Source: Verrucomicrobiota bacterium
GTDB lineage: Bacteria; Verrucomicrobiota; Verrucomicrobiia; Limisphaerales; SXQI01
NCBI GenBank assembly: GCA_033762115.1
Contig: JANRLX010000017.1
Span: 1-13,202 of the forward strand
Direction: 5' to 3'
DNA: 13,202 bases
Positions 1-7,937 of the stretch are shown here, in pieces. Numbering within the stretch: the first letter of the stretch is position 1; every line of letters begins with the position of its first letter. The notes beneath the pieces were generated by a model. It saw only the letters and a program-made list of their open reading frames with translations. It searched no databases and had not been told where the DNA came from. Position numbers and translations under genes: made by a program.

Positions 1-345
1 TCGGAACAGGGTTTCCGCGAAATGATAAAGCTGGTCCGGGAAGATAATGACAATACCCGTGACGTTTCCTTCAGGAACAAGCTGGAGATGGATCCCAGCG
101 AACCGTTCTGCAACATCGGTACGGACAACATGTGGATTCAGGATGGTGACGTGAAGCTTTGCCCTTATCATCCTCCGATCGGCAACATGTTGACTGGAAC
201 AGAAACGATTAAACAGCTTTGGGACAGCGAAATGGCAAAACGGATTCGCGCCGGAACCCGCGCCTGTCGCCGGCTCTGCACTGTTTCCTGCCTGCGCCGT
301 TCTCCGTTGACCCACAAGGTCAACATGTTCCTGAAAATTGCTTAA
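1..345 (+). CDS. 3' part of a radical SAM protein (C-terminal SPASM/twitch Fe-S domain), truncated by the window edge
   Basis: Frame 1 is open from base 1 (SEQGFREMIK...). SPASM-like pattern C-x-IG...IQDGDVKLC...IGNM...IKQLWDS...CRRLCTVSC. Stop TAA at 343-345. Confidence 0.75.
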   Translation, partial: SEQGFREMIKLVREDNDNTRDVSFRNKLEMDPSEPFCNIGTDNMWIQDGDVKLCPYHPPIGNMLTGTETIKQLWDSEMAKRIRAGTRACRRLCTVSCLRRSPLTHKVNMFLKIA

Positions 346-357
346 TCCGGTGAGGCG

Positions 358-879
358 CTAAACCTCATCATCCGGCAATTTCTCTTTTGGCAGCCGTTTC
401 AACGCCTCATTCCTTCGTTCCTGGAAGAAAGTTTGCAGCAACATCCTGCATTCCGCCTCTCTTACCCCCTGGGTGATCAGACTTTTGTGGTTCAGGGTAG
501 GCCATTGCAGCAGGTTCATCACGCCACCGGCAGCGCCTCCTTTGAGATCGCTGGCTCCAAAAACAATTCGTTGCAGTCGTACATGCACGATTGCCCCTGC
601 ACACATCGGGCACGGCTCCTTCGTTACATACAGAGTGCAATCCGTCAGACGCCAATCTCCCACCAACTCTTCCGCCTGGGTAATTGCCAGCATTTCCGCA
701 TGAGCGGTTGCGTCCCGCAAGGTTTCCACCTGGTTCCATGCCCGTGCAATAATTCGACCTTCCCTGACAATGACCGCACCGACAGGGACTTCCTCCGCTT
801 CATAGGCTTTGGCTGCCTGTCGCAACGCTTCCCCCATAAAGTAATGGTCGCTCTGGAGATCAATGATTGGCTCTTCCAT
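358..879 (-). CDS. tadA: tRNA adenosine(34) deaminase TadA
   Basis: DHYFMGEAL, EVPVGAVIV, TAHAE and TKEPCPMCAGA zinc deaminase motifs; LQTFF C-terminal helix. Confidence 0.95.
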   Translation of the reverse strand: MEEPIIDLQSDHYFMGEALRQAAKAYEAEEVPVGAVIVREGRIIARAWNQVETLRDATAHAEMLAITQAEELVGDWRLTDCTLYVTKEPCPMCAGAIVHVRLQRIVFGASDLKGGAAGGVMNLLQWPTLNHKSLITQGVREAECRMLLQTFFQERRNEALKRLPKEKLPDDEV

Positions 880-886
880 TTACAGG

Positions 887-892
887 ATGATA
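887..892 (-). promoter_or_regulatory. Candidate -10 box (TATCAT) for near-leaderless tadA transcription
   Basis: TATCAT lies 7 nt upstream of the tadA ATG, with no Shine-Dalgarno. TTGCCA at 908-913 is a possible -35, but the spacer is short (15 nt). Confidence 0.35.
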
Positions 893-1065
893 ATTCACCA
901 CTGCTGGTGGCAAATGCTCGAGAAGCAGAATAAGGGTTAAACTGAGGTTGTAACAAGTACTCAGGCTTGAAGCTGAAACAGGCTGGCTCCCAATTTCCGT
1001 TTTCAGCATCCGGTTTACTTTCAAACTGGTTCTACTCGCGTTGTGGAACCAAAACGAAAGAAACC

Positions 1066-1704
1066 ATGCAAGCCCACCGCCAAATCGCCATTTTTGTTGC
1101 GACGCTGTTTTCGGCGTATTCATTGGACTCCTCTGCCCAGATGAAGATCATGAGTTATGACACGCCTTCCTATATTGAACTGCAATCGAGTGAGTTTCTG
1201 GTTTATGAGAATGAAACCAATGCCCTGGTGACAGTTGTCAGGACAGGCGATTTCAGGAGGTCGGCATCCGTTGACTATCAGGTGACCGAATCCAGTGCCA
1301 CAAGTGGAGTTGATTTCAAGCCAAAGGGTGGGACGCTGGTTTTCGCAGCGGGCGAGTCATTCAAAATCATTTCCATTCCAGTGATTCATGATGAAGAGGC
1401 AGAAGAGAATGAAACTATCCAGGTGCTGCTTCAGAATGCAGGAAGCAATGTGATGATTACCCGGGCGGAGGCCACTCTGATCATTCGGGATGTCCCTCCA
1501 CTTCCTCGTTTGCAGATCGCTGTCGTTGGGCAAAAACTCCGTCTTTCCTGGTCTGCGACCGCTGGAAATTGCGTTCTCGAACGGTCTCACCCTGCTACAA
1601 ACCAATGGGAAACCGTCATGGCTGCTCCGGTTGAAGAGGAAGGCCTTTTCTTTGTTGAGGAACCCATGAACGAGGAAATGTTTCTTTACCGCCTTCGTTC
1701 CTGA
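1066..1704 (+). CDS. Secreted Calx-beta domain protein with a Verrucomicrobia-type C-terminal domain ending in YRLRS
   Basis: ATG at 1066 is followed by a signal peptide (MQAHRQIAIFVATLFSAYSLDSSA). Calx-beta pattern VYENE..ALVTVVRTG...SVDY...SATSGVDF...GTLVFAAGES.K.I.IPV.HDEEAEENE. The TTG start at 967 adds a non-protein-like leader. Confidence 0.85.
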   Translation: MQAHRQIAIFVATLFSAYSLDSSAQMKIMSYDTPSYIELQSSEFLVYENETNALVTVVRTGDFRRSASVDYQVTESSATSGVDFKPKGGTLVFAAGESFKIISIPVIHDEEAEENETIQVLLQNAGSNVMITRAEATLIIRDVPPLPRLQIAVVGQKLRLSWSATAGNCVLERSHPATNQWETVMAAPVEEEGLFFVEEPMNEEMFLYRLRS

Positions 1705-1720
1705 TCATCCGCTACAGTTC

Positions 1721-1750
1721 TTGCTCTCCGCTGCAGAATCTATTTAGCAT
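1721..1750 (+). promoter_or_regulatory. Candidate sigma70 promoter for a leaderless globin mRNA
   Basis: TTGCTC (1721-1726), 18-nt spacer, TAGCAT (1745-1750); ATG 6 nt downstream at 1757; no SD. Confidence 0.4.
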
Positions 1751-1756
1751 TCCGGG

Positions 1757-2174
1757 ATGACAGCTGAGCAAGTTCGTCTCGTCCAAAGCAGTTGGGAAAA
1801 AGTGCTGCCGATCAGCGACCAGGCTGCTGCCCTTTTTTATGGTCGCCTCTTTGAACTGGACCCTGAACTAAAGCCACTTTTCACCAGTGATCTCCGGGAA
1901 CAGGGTAAAAAATTGATGCAAATGATTGGTATTGCCGTTCGAGGATTGACCAACCTGGAACAGATTCTTGCTGCAGTCCAGGATTTGGGTCGCCGTCATG
2001 TGAAGTATGGGGTGCGGAAAAAAGATTATGACACTGTCGGCGCCGCACTTCTCTGGACGCTGGAGAAAGGTCTCGGCCCTGCGTTTACCCCTGAAACCGC
2101 AGAGGCCTGGCGTGACCTACGTGACCCTTGCGGAAGTGATGTTAACCGCTGCCGCAGAGGAAGCAGCGCGATAA
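1757..2174 (+). pseudogene. Single-domain 3/3 globin (flavohemoglobin/Vitreoscilla-hemoglobin-like), apparently frameshifted at ~2111 (real lesion or assembly error)
   Basis: Globin motifs LVQSSW, LFYGRLFELDP, QGKKLM, LGRRH (proximal His), YGV..KDYDTVG.ALL..L and FTPE..EAW. After TGG (2108-2110) the H-helix VTYVTLAEVMLTAAAEEAAR* continues in the +1 frame, from 2112 to TAA at 2172-2174. The track ORF to 2203 has a non-globin tail. Confidence 0.8.
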
Positions 2175-2192
2175 AACGAAATTTGAACTTTT

Positions 2193-2223
2193 TCCGTACC
2201 TGATCGTCTGATTCAGGAACGGA
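2193..2223. terminator. Stem-loop between the globin and ABC genes
   Basis: TCCGT-a-CCTGA...TCAGG-a-ACGGA inverted repeat; no strong U-tract on +. Confidence 0.35.
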
Positions 2224-2230
2224 TTGATTC

Positions 2231-2917
2231 ATGCAATCTCCTTTGATGCTGGACGTACGAAATGTCTCCAAATATTTCCAGAGTGGCGACTCACAACTGA
2301 CTGTCCTGAACCAGGTGACTTTTTCGCTGGCTACCGGATCCTCCTGCGCGATCATCGGTCCTTCCGGGAGCGGGAAGACAACACTGCTCGGGCTCTGCGC
2401 CGGGTTGGATCGCCCCAGCAACGGCACCATCAGCATCAACGGCGCGGAACTTACTTCCCTGGATGAAGATGGCCGTGCAGCGCTTCGGAGCCAAACGGTC
2501 GGGTTCATTTTCCAGAATTTCCAGTTGCTTCCAACGTTGACTGCCGTGGAAAATGTCATGGTCCCGGCAGAATTGCGGGGAGAAACCGGGGTCCTTTCCC
2601 GGGCAAAGGAACTATTGGACCGAGTGGGGCTGGGAGCTCGTTTCCGGCATTATCCTGCGCAACTTTCCGGGGGTGAGCAGCAACGGGTGGCGCTGGCCCG
2701 GGCCTTCATCAATCAACCTAAGATTCTTTTTGCTGATGAACCCACTGGAAATCTTGATACCGAAAACAGCGAGAAAGTTATTTCGCTGCTGTTCGATTTG
2801 AACCGTTCGGCAGGCACCACACTGGTGTTGGTGACTCACAACCTGGAGCTTGCGGGGATGTGTCAGCGCCGGATCAGGATTCATTCCGGCATTATTTCAG
2901 AAGAAACTTACTCGTGA
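2231..2917 (+). CDS. ABC transporter ATP-binding protein (YbbA/LolD-like)
   Basis: Walker A GPSGSGKT, Q-loop GFIFQNFQL, signature LSGGEQQR, Walker B ILFADEPTGNLD, H-loop LVTH. Confidence 0.95.
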   Translation: MQSPLMLDVRNVSKYFQSGDSQLTVLNQVTFSLATGSSCAIIGPSGSGKTTLLGLCAGLDRPSNGTISINGAELTSLDEDGRAALRSQTVGFIFQNFQLLPTLTAVENVMVPAELRGETGVLSRAKELLDRVGLGARFRHYPAQLSGGEQQRVALARAFINQPKILFADEPTGNLDTENSEKVISLLFDLNRSAGTTLVLVTHNLELAGMCQRRIRIHSGIISEETYS

Positions 2918-5448
2918 ACTCGGTCCTGCTCAATCCCTGGGTCTGGAGAATGGCATGGCGGGACACCCGGGCAAGTCGCAGGCGCCTGCTTCTTTTTTCA
3001 CTTTCCATTGTCCTGGGAATCGCTGCCCTGGTGGCGATCAGTTCATTGGGTGTGAATCTTCAAAGCACCATCGATGATCAGGCCAAAAGCCTTTTGGGAG
3101 CAGACCTGGTCATTCATTCACGCGATGAGTTCACCCCGGAAGCTGAAACATTGATTCAATCGGTGGGGGGAGAGCAGTCACGTGAAGTTTCTTTTTCCTC
3201 GATGGTTTATTTTCCAAAATCGGAAGGCACCCGCCTGGTGCAGGTGCGTGGTTTGACGGGGAAATTTCCCTTTTATGGGGAGATCGATACCACCCCGCCC
3301 GGCGCAGCGCGGCAATTCCAGCAAAGCCAGGGCGCGTTGGTCGAGAAAAGTTTGATGACACAATTTGGTGTTTCGGTAGGAGACCCCGTCCGGGTCGGCT
3401 CGCTTTTTCTGCCCATTGTGGGAGTGCTGGAACGGGTGCCAGGAGAGACGGTGGCGTTTTCCACCATTGCTCCCCGCGTTTACATCCCGCTCGAAGCTGC
3501 TGCGGAAAGCGGATTACTCCGCACGGAAAGCCTGGCCCGATACAAGGTGTTCCTGAAAGTGCCGGATTCCTTCAACGTCAATCAATGGGTTTCAGAAAAC
3601 CGGGAAATCCTGCGTGAATCGCGCCTCGGCACGGACACTGTCGATGAGCGGAAAGAGGATTTGGGCCGCTCGATGGAAAACCTCGAACATTTCCTGAATC
3701 TGGGCGGGTTCATCGCGCTGCTTCTTGGCGGCGTGGGGATTGCGAGCGCGATTGATGTTCATGTGCGGCAAAAGCTTGGCAGCGTTGCCACCTTGCGATG
3801 TCTGGGGGCAACCGTCTCGCAAACATTTTCAATTTACCTTCTGCAAGGGATCGGGCTTGGATTTTTGGGAGCCAGCGTTGGGGCCTTATTAGGGGTGGGC
3901 ATTCAATATTATCTTCCGGGAATCATTTCTGATTTCGTTCCCTTTGATGTGCGGGTCGAAATTGTCTGGGGCGCGGTCCTGAGAGCAATGGGAGTGGGGT
4001 TCGGCATCTGCTTTTTGTTCGCTCTCGTGCCTCTGTTGCCAACCCGCAAAGTTTCTCCCCTTGCGGCATTGCGAAGTTCATTTGAACCGGTGCCGGTTGG
4101 CAATGATCCATTGCGCTGGCTGGTTTTTGGAGCAATCGGATCAGCGTTGCTGGCTTTTGCCATCTCTCAAACCCGTCGCTGGGAGCATGGGGCTGGTTTT
4201 GCCACCGGGATATTCGCCGCATTCCTGACACTGGCGCTGGTTGCCCGCTTGATCATCTGGAGCGCCCGGAGATTTGCGCCCTCCCGGGCGGCATATGTTT
4301 GGCGCCAGGGTCTCTCAAATCTTTATCGTCCCAGAAACAGGACCTTGCTGCTTTTGCTATCACTGGGGCTGGGGACGTTTCTGGTAATGACCCTTTACCT
4401 GACCCAGCGTGTCCTCCTTACCGAGTTGATTCCGGGCGGTGCAAATGACAAGCCGAATGCCGCCTTGTTTGATATTCAGACGGACCAACTTCCAGGTGTG
4501 CGTGCAATCCTGAAAACGAATGGCCTGCAAATTCTTCAGGAAGCTCCAATCGTGACGATGCGATTATCAGCAATTAAGGAGAAAAGCGTGGCCCGAATTT
4601 TGAAAGAGAGAAATCACGGGTTTCCACACTGGGCCTTGAGACGGGAGTATCGCTCGACCTATCGGGACACCCTGGTGGACAGCGAGGAAAGCATTGGTGG
4701 GAAATGGCCAGCAGCAAAAGTTGATGACTGGATTCCAGTTTCTGTCGAGGAAGGAATCGCAAAGGAACTGAAGCTCGGGCTGGGAGACACTCTGGCGTTT
4801 GATGTCCAGGGAGTGGAGATGAAGTTGCGCGTGGCCCATTTGCGAAAGGTGGATTGGCGACGCATCCAGCCCAATTTCTTTGTTGTGTTTCCAGGGGGAG
4901 TGCTGGAGGAAGCGCCCTCATTTCATATCTTTACCACCAGGGTTGCTTCCGCTGAGGAGTCTGCAAAAATGCAACGGGAAGTGGTTCGCGCCTTTCCAAA
5001 TGTCTCGATCATCGACCTGACACTCGTGCTTGAAACCGTGGATCGAATCCTTTCCAAGCTCTCGTTCGTCATTCAATTCATGGCCCTGTTTACGATTATC
5101 ACCGGATTGATCGTACTGATTGCCGCAATTTCCACAGGACGTTATCAGCGAATCCAGGAAAGCATCCTGCTCCGCGTCCTGGGCGCATCGAAAAAACAGG
5201 TGATGCAGATTCTCCTTGTTGAATATTTTCTTTTGGGATTGCTGGCCAGCATCACCGGATTGGTGCTTTCAGTAGGCGCGAGTTGGGCGTTGGCGGTTTT
5301 CCTGTTCAAGATGAAATTTGCCTTCCCTCTCCTGCCGGTGCTTGCCTCGATTGTCATTGTTTCTTCAATCACGATCATCACTGGCCTTTTGTCCTCCCGC
5401 GGGCTTTTGGCCAGACCGCCATTGGAGATTTTACGGGCGGAAGCCTGA
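2914..5448 (+). CDS. Large FtsX-family ABC permease (YbbP-like, duplicated MacB/FtsX architecture)
   Basis: GTG at 2914 overlaps the ATPase stop (GTGA). MAWRD.R start, LLGADL, FPFYG, FDIQ.DQ, REYRSTYR and VDW..IQPNFFVVF motifs; two groups of TM helices. Confidence 0.92.
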   Translation: MNSVLLNPWVWRMAWRDTRASRRRLLLFSLSIVLGIAALVAISSLGVNLQSTIDDQAKSLLGADLVIHSRDEFTPEAETLIQSVGGEQSREVSFSSMVYFPKSEGTRLVQVRGLTGKFPFYGEIDTTPPGAARQFQQSQGALVEKSLMTQFGVSVGDPVRVGSLFLPIVGVLERVPGETVAFSTIAPRVYIPLEAAAESGLLRTESLARYKVFLKVPDSFNVNQWVSENREILRESRLGTDTVDERKEDLGRSMENLEHFLNLGGFIALLLGGVGIASAIDVHVRQKLGSVATLRCLGATVSQTFSIYLLQGIGLGFLGASVGALLGVGIQYYLPGIISDFVPFDVRVEIVWGAVLRAMGVGFGICFLFALVPLLPTRKVSPLAALRSSFEPVPVGNDPLRWLVFGAIGSALLAFAISQTRRWEHGAGFATGIFAAFLTLALVARLIIWSARRFAPSRAAYVWRQGLSNLYRPRNRTLLLLLSLGLGTFLVMTLYLTQRVLLTELIPGGANDKPNAALFDIQTDQLPGVRAILKTNGLQILQEAPIVTMRLSAIKEKSVARILKERNHGFPHWALRREYRSTYRDTLVDSEESIGGKWPAAKVDDWIPVSVEEGIAKELKLGLGDTLAFDVQGVEMKLRVAHLRKVDWRRIQPNFFVVFPGGVLEEAPSFHIFTTRVASAEESAKMQREVVRAFPNVSIIDLTLVLETVDRILSKLSFVIQFMALFTIITGLIVLIAAISTGRYQRIQESILLRVLGASKKQVMQILLVEYFLLGLLASITGLVLSVGASWALAVFLFKMKFAFPLLPVLASIVIVSSITIITGLLSSRGLLARPPLEILRAEA

Positions 5449-5455
5449 ACGCCTC

Positions 5456-5478
5456 TGGTGGATATTATTTAGCCACCA
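5456..5478 (+). terminator. Possible terminator hairpin after the permease
   Basis: TGGTGG...CCACCA stem beginning 7 nt after the stop, followed by ATTTA. Confidence 0.35.
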
Positions 5479-5565
5479 ATTTAGGACACCGTTCTGATCT
5501 GTTTCTGAATCGTAACTTAAAGAACATCAGGTTCGCATCATTTTATACCGATACTCCCTTGGTTG

Positions 5566-7239
5566 GTGAATACTTTTACTTTGCACTCGGCCATCGAACA
5601 TACGGATTTAGCAGCACTTGTTGCGCATCAAGTGGCCATTCCGGTCTCCTTTACTGTCGGTGAAGCTTCAGAACTCCTCCAAAAGCATGAGCATGAGTAT
5701 GCAGCAGTTATTGATGGCATCCGCTACATAGGCCTTTGCTCAAAAGCTGAATTGGGAATCCTGATGGGGTCCCGTTTCGGTTTTGCCATTTACAGCCGCA
5801 GACCTGTGACGGATCATCTTCAAAAATCCTCCTTGAGTTTTTCGCGCGGCACTCCGCTGTTGCATGTCCTTGAAAAAACGTTGCACCGAGATGGAAAGGA
5901 ATTCCACGAGGATGTGGCCTTAACCGATGAAAATGGCGGGTACCTTGGATTGATCCCTGTGCAGGCGCTTGCGAAACTGCAAAGCAAACTGGTTGCTGAA
6001 AAAGTCCAAATGCTCGAACAACAGCAACTGGCCTTGCGTGAATCCAATGTGGCTTTGGCCCAGGCTCGTGATGCAGCCCTGGATGCCGCGAAGGTGAAAA
6101 GCGAATTCCTCGCCAACATGAGCCACGAAATCCGGACGCCCATGAACGGTGTCATCGGCATGACGAATTTTCTCCTTGAAACCGACCTGAATGAGGAACA
6201 GCGGGAATTTGCGACCGTGGCCAGGGATTCCGCTGAAGGGTTGCTCGCGATCATTAACGATATTCTCGATTTTTCCAAAGCCGAGGCAGGCAAGCTGCGG
6301 CTCGAGGTCGCTTCATTCAACCTTCGGGAATCGGTGGAAGGCACCATCAAACTTCTGAATGTCCATGCGGCCAAAAAGAATCTCAGCCTTAGCAGTTCAG
6401 TAGCCCATGCTGTTCCGCGGAAACTGCTTGGAGACGCCGGAAGAATTCGTCAGTTGCTCATTAATCTGGTGGGGAACGCGGTAAAGTTCACAGAAAAAGG
6501 CAGCATCACTGTCGAAGTGGTGGTTGAAACCGAGTCTGACGACAAAATCAGATTACTTTTCCGCGTCATCGATACCGGCATCGGCATTGACGAGGAAGCC
6601 GGAACAAAATTGTTTCAGGCATTTACCCAGGCAGACAGCTCGACAAGTCGACGCTACGGCGGAACAGGACTTGGACTGGCAATTTGCAAGCAATTAGTCG
6701 AATTGATGAATGGTCAAATTGGCTTCAGCAGCCAATTCGGCAAGGGATCAACGTTTTGGTTTTCAATAGAGCTGGCCAAGGACCCGACTCCATCGATTGA
6801 ACCCAAAGTGGAACCTGTTGCAGGAATGTCGCCAGGAAATTTGCGGGTGATGGTGGTGGAGGATAATCCAATCAATCAAAAAGTCATTTATCGCCAACTG
6901 CGAATGCTCGGCTTTACCTGTGCCTTGACACAAAACGGCACAGAAGCACTCGCGATGTTGGAGAAAGCCCGATTCGATATCATCCTGATGGATTGCCAGC
7001 TGCCAGGTTTGGATGGTTATGAAGTAACCAGACGAATTCGCCAGCTCGAATCCACCACCTGGGCTAATCGCACTCCGCTCCATATCATTGCCATGACAGC
7101 GCATGTGTTAAGCGGATCGCGCGAAGCATGCCTGGAAGCCGGAATGAACACTTTCATCAGCAAACCGGTAAAACTTGATCAGCTTCGCAAGCTCCTCGAA
7201 GATTTCCGTCCGTTGGAAATATCAGCCTGCCAGCAGTAA
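5566..7239 (+). CDS. Cytoplasmic hybrid sensor histidine kinase: N-terminal CBS-like pair, HisKA, HATPase, receiver
   Basis: H-box [16 protein letters not shown]-box [11 protein letters not shown]1 DTGIG, F-box [10 protein letters not shown]2 GTGLGL; receiver VVEDN...[12 protein letters not shown]...AMTA...SKP. No TM helix. Start is GTG 5566 or TTG 5563. Confidence 0.92.
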   Translation: MNTFTLHSAIEHTDLAALVAHQVAIPVSFTVGEASELLQKHEHEYAAVIDGIRYIGLCSKAELGILMGSRFGFAIYSRRPVTDHLQKSSLSFSRGTPLLHVLEKTLHRDGKEFHEDVALTDENGGYLGLIPVQALAKLQSKLVAEKVQMLEQQQLALRESNVALAQARDAALDAAKVKSEFLANMSHEIRTPMNGVIGMTNFLLETDLNEEQREFATVARDSAEGLLAIINDILDFSKAEAGKLRLEVASFNLRESVEGTIKLLNVHAAKKNLSLSSSVAHAVPRKLLGDAGRIRQLLINLVGNAVKFTEKGSITVEVVVETESDDKIRLLFRVIDTGIGIDEEAGTKLFQAFTQADSSTSRRYGGTGLGLAICKQLVELMNGQIGFSSQFGKGSTFWFSIELAKDPTPSIEPKVEPVAGMSPGNLRVMVVEDNPINQKVIYRQLRMLGFTCALTQNGTEALAMLEKARFDIILMDCQLPGLDGYEVTRRIRQLESTTWANRTPLHIIAMTAHVLSGSREACLEAGMNTFISKPVKLDQLRKLLEDFRPLEISACQQ

Positions 7240-7278
7240 AACTCAGTGGCATTGCCGGATTGCCATTCAGTAGGTTTT
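7238..7278. terminator. Possible bidirectional terminator between convergent genes
   Basis: TGGCA (7247-7251)/TGCCA (7261-7265) stem flanked by AAAAC and GTTTT, lying between the kinase stop (7239) and the small-ORF stop (7277). Confidence 0.35.
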
Positions 7279-7447
7279 ATCTTCCAGCCACGATATAAAC
7301 ATCCATCAAGTGGTTCCTTCGGACGCAAAGATCCGCTTCCGCGGCGTCCCGAAATAAAAGAGCAGTGGCTCGGTCTCCTGTCCATGAGCCGGGGGCCTGA
7401 TAATAAAGACCTGTTTTAATCTCCTGAATGACTGCTGCTGCGCTCAT
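7277..7447 (-). CDS. Small hypothetical protein, 56 aa (not in the ORF track)
   Basis: Manual translation: MSAAAVIQEIKTGLYYQAPGSWTGDRATALLFRDAAEADLCVRRNHLMDVYIVAGR*. ATG is 12 nt after the ferredoxin stop, and the ORF fills the intergenic gap. Confidence 0.7.
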   Translation of the reverse strand: MSAAAVIQEIKTGLYYQAPGSWTGDRATALLFRDAAEADLCVRRNHLMDVYIVAGR

Positions 7448-7459
7448 TGTTCAATACTT

Positions 7460-7762
7460 TCAGGCAAGGGCCACTGGTTGCGGCACACTCTGGTAAGACT
7501 TCCTTCCCACCAGTACGTCGACGTCATCATGAATTGAACCGATCGCCTCCACCGGGCAGGATTCCATGGCAGAACGACACAAGCTCTCTTCGCGGGAATT
7601 GGAAGGTTGCCGGTAAACTACGGAATGACTTGCGGCCCCGCTAAAACTGCGTTTAAAAAAATCAGGTGCGATCTGACGACACAGGTCGCAATCGATGCAT
7701 TGATTGTCGACAAAGAATCGTCCTTTCACGTTCTCCAAAAACCTGTTCGCTAAATTTGCCAT
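7460..7762 (-). CDS. Single-cluster 4Fe-4S ferredoxin (Fer4_13/Fer4_15-like)
   Basis: FFVDNQCIDCDLCRQIAP (CxxCxxC) and AMESCPVEAIG; about 25-aa C-terminal extension. Confidence 0.9.
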   Translation of the reverse strand: MANLANRFLENVKGRFFVDNQCIDCDLCRQIAPDFFKRSFSGAASHSVVYRQPSNSREESLCRSAMESCPVEAIGSIHDDVDVLVGRKSYQSVPQPVALA

Positions 7763-7806
7763 GAGCCAAAGTGCTGCCGACCCTGAGGGTTTACTAGATG
7801 GGCAGA

Positions 7807-7822
7807 AGCTGAAAAAATGCCA
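7807..7822 (-). promoter_or_regulatory. Candidate sigma54 (-24/-12) promoter for the ferredoxin/small-ORF unit
   Basis: Minus strand reads TGGCATTTTTTCAGCT, with GG-N10-GC spacing, about 45 nt upstream of the ferredoxin ATG. Confidence 0.45.
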
Positions 7823-7937
7823 TGACGTCTCCCGAGACCGGTGTGGAGATTATCCCACAATTCGGTCAGGGAAACGCTGAACTCCGATTTTTTTGCGCTT
7901 CCAACTGAACAATTTTCCACGTAACTAATGAGATTGC

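Noticed and set aside
407..956. Several alternative-frame ORFs over tadA (similar shadow ORFs occur over the ABC genes, kinase, moaE and lipA)
   Set aside because: They overlap well-supported genes and have no domain signatures
967..1065. TTG-start N-terminal extension of the Calx-beta ORF
   Set aside because: The signal peptide begins at ATG 1066, and the extension overlaps hairpin-rich intergenic sequence
2860..2913. Upstream ATG start for the permease
   Set aside because: It would overlap the ATPase by 58 nt; GTG 2914 in a GTGA coupling is more plausible
3016..3031. Exact 16-nt repeat GGAATCGCTGCCCTGG, also at 10439-10454
   Set aside because: Both copies encode GIAAL within TM helices of intact, unrelated genes. 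This is most likely coincidence, with no sign of att sites or an integrase.
7179..7385. 68-aa minus-strand track ORF, and hairpins at 7318-7353 suggesting an ncRNA
   Set aside because: The region is better explained by the 56-aa ORF at 7277-7447 in another frame; the 68-aa ORF overlaps the kinase and looks non-protein-like
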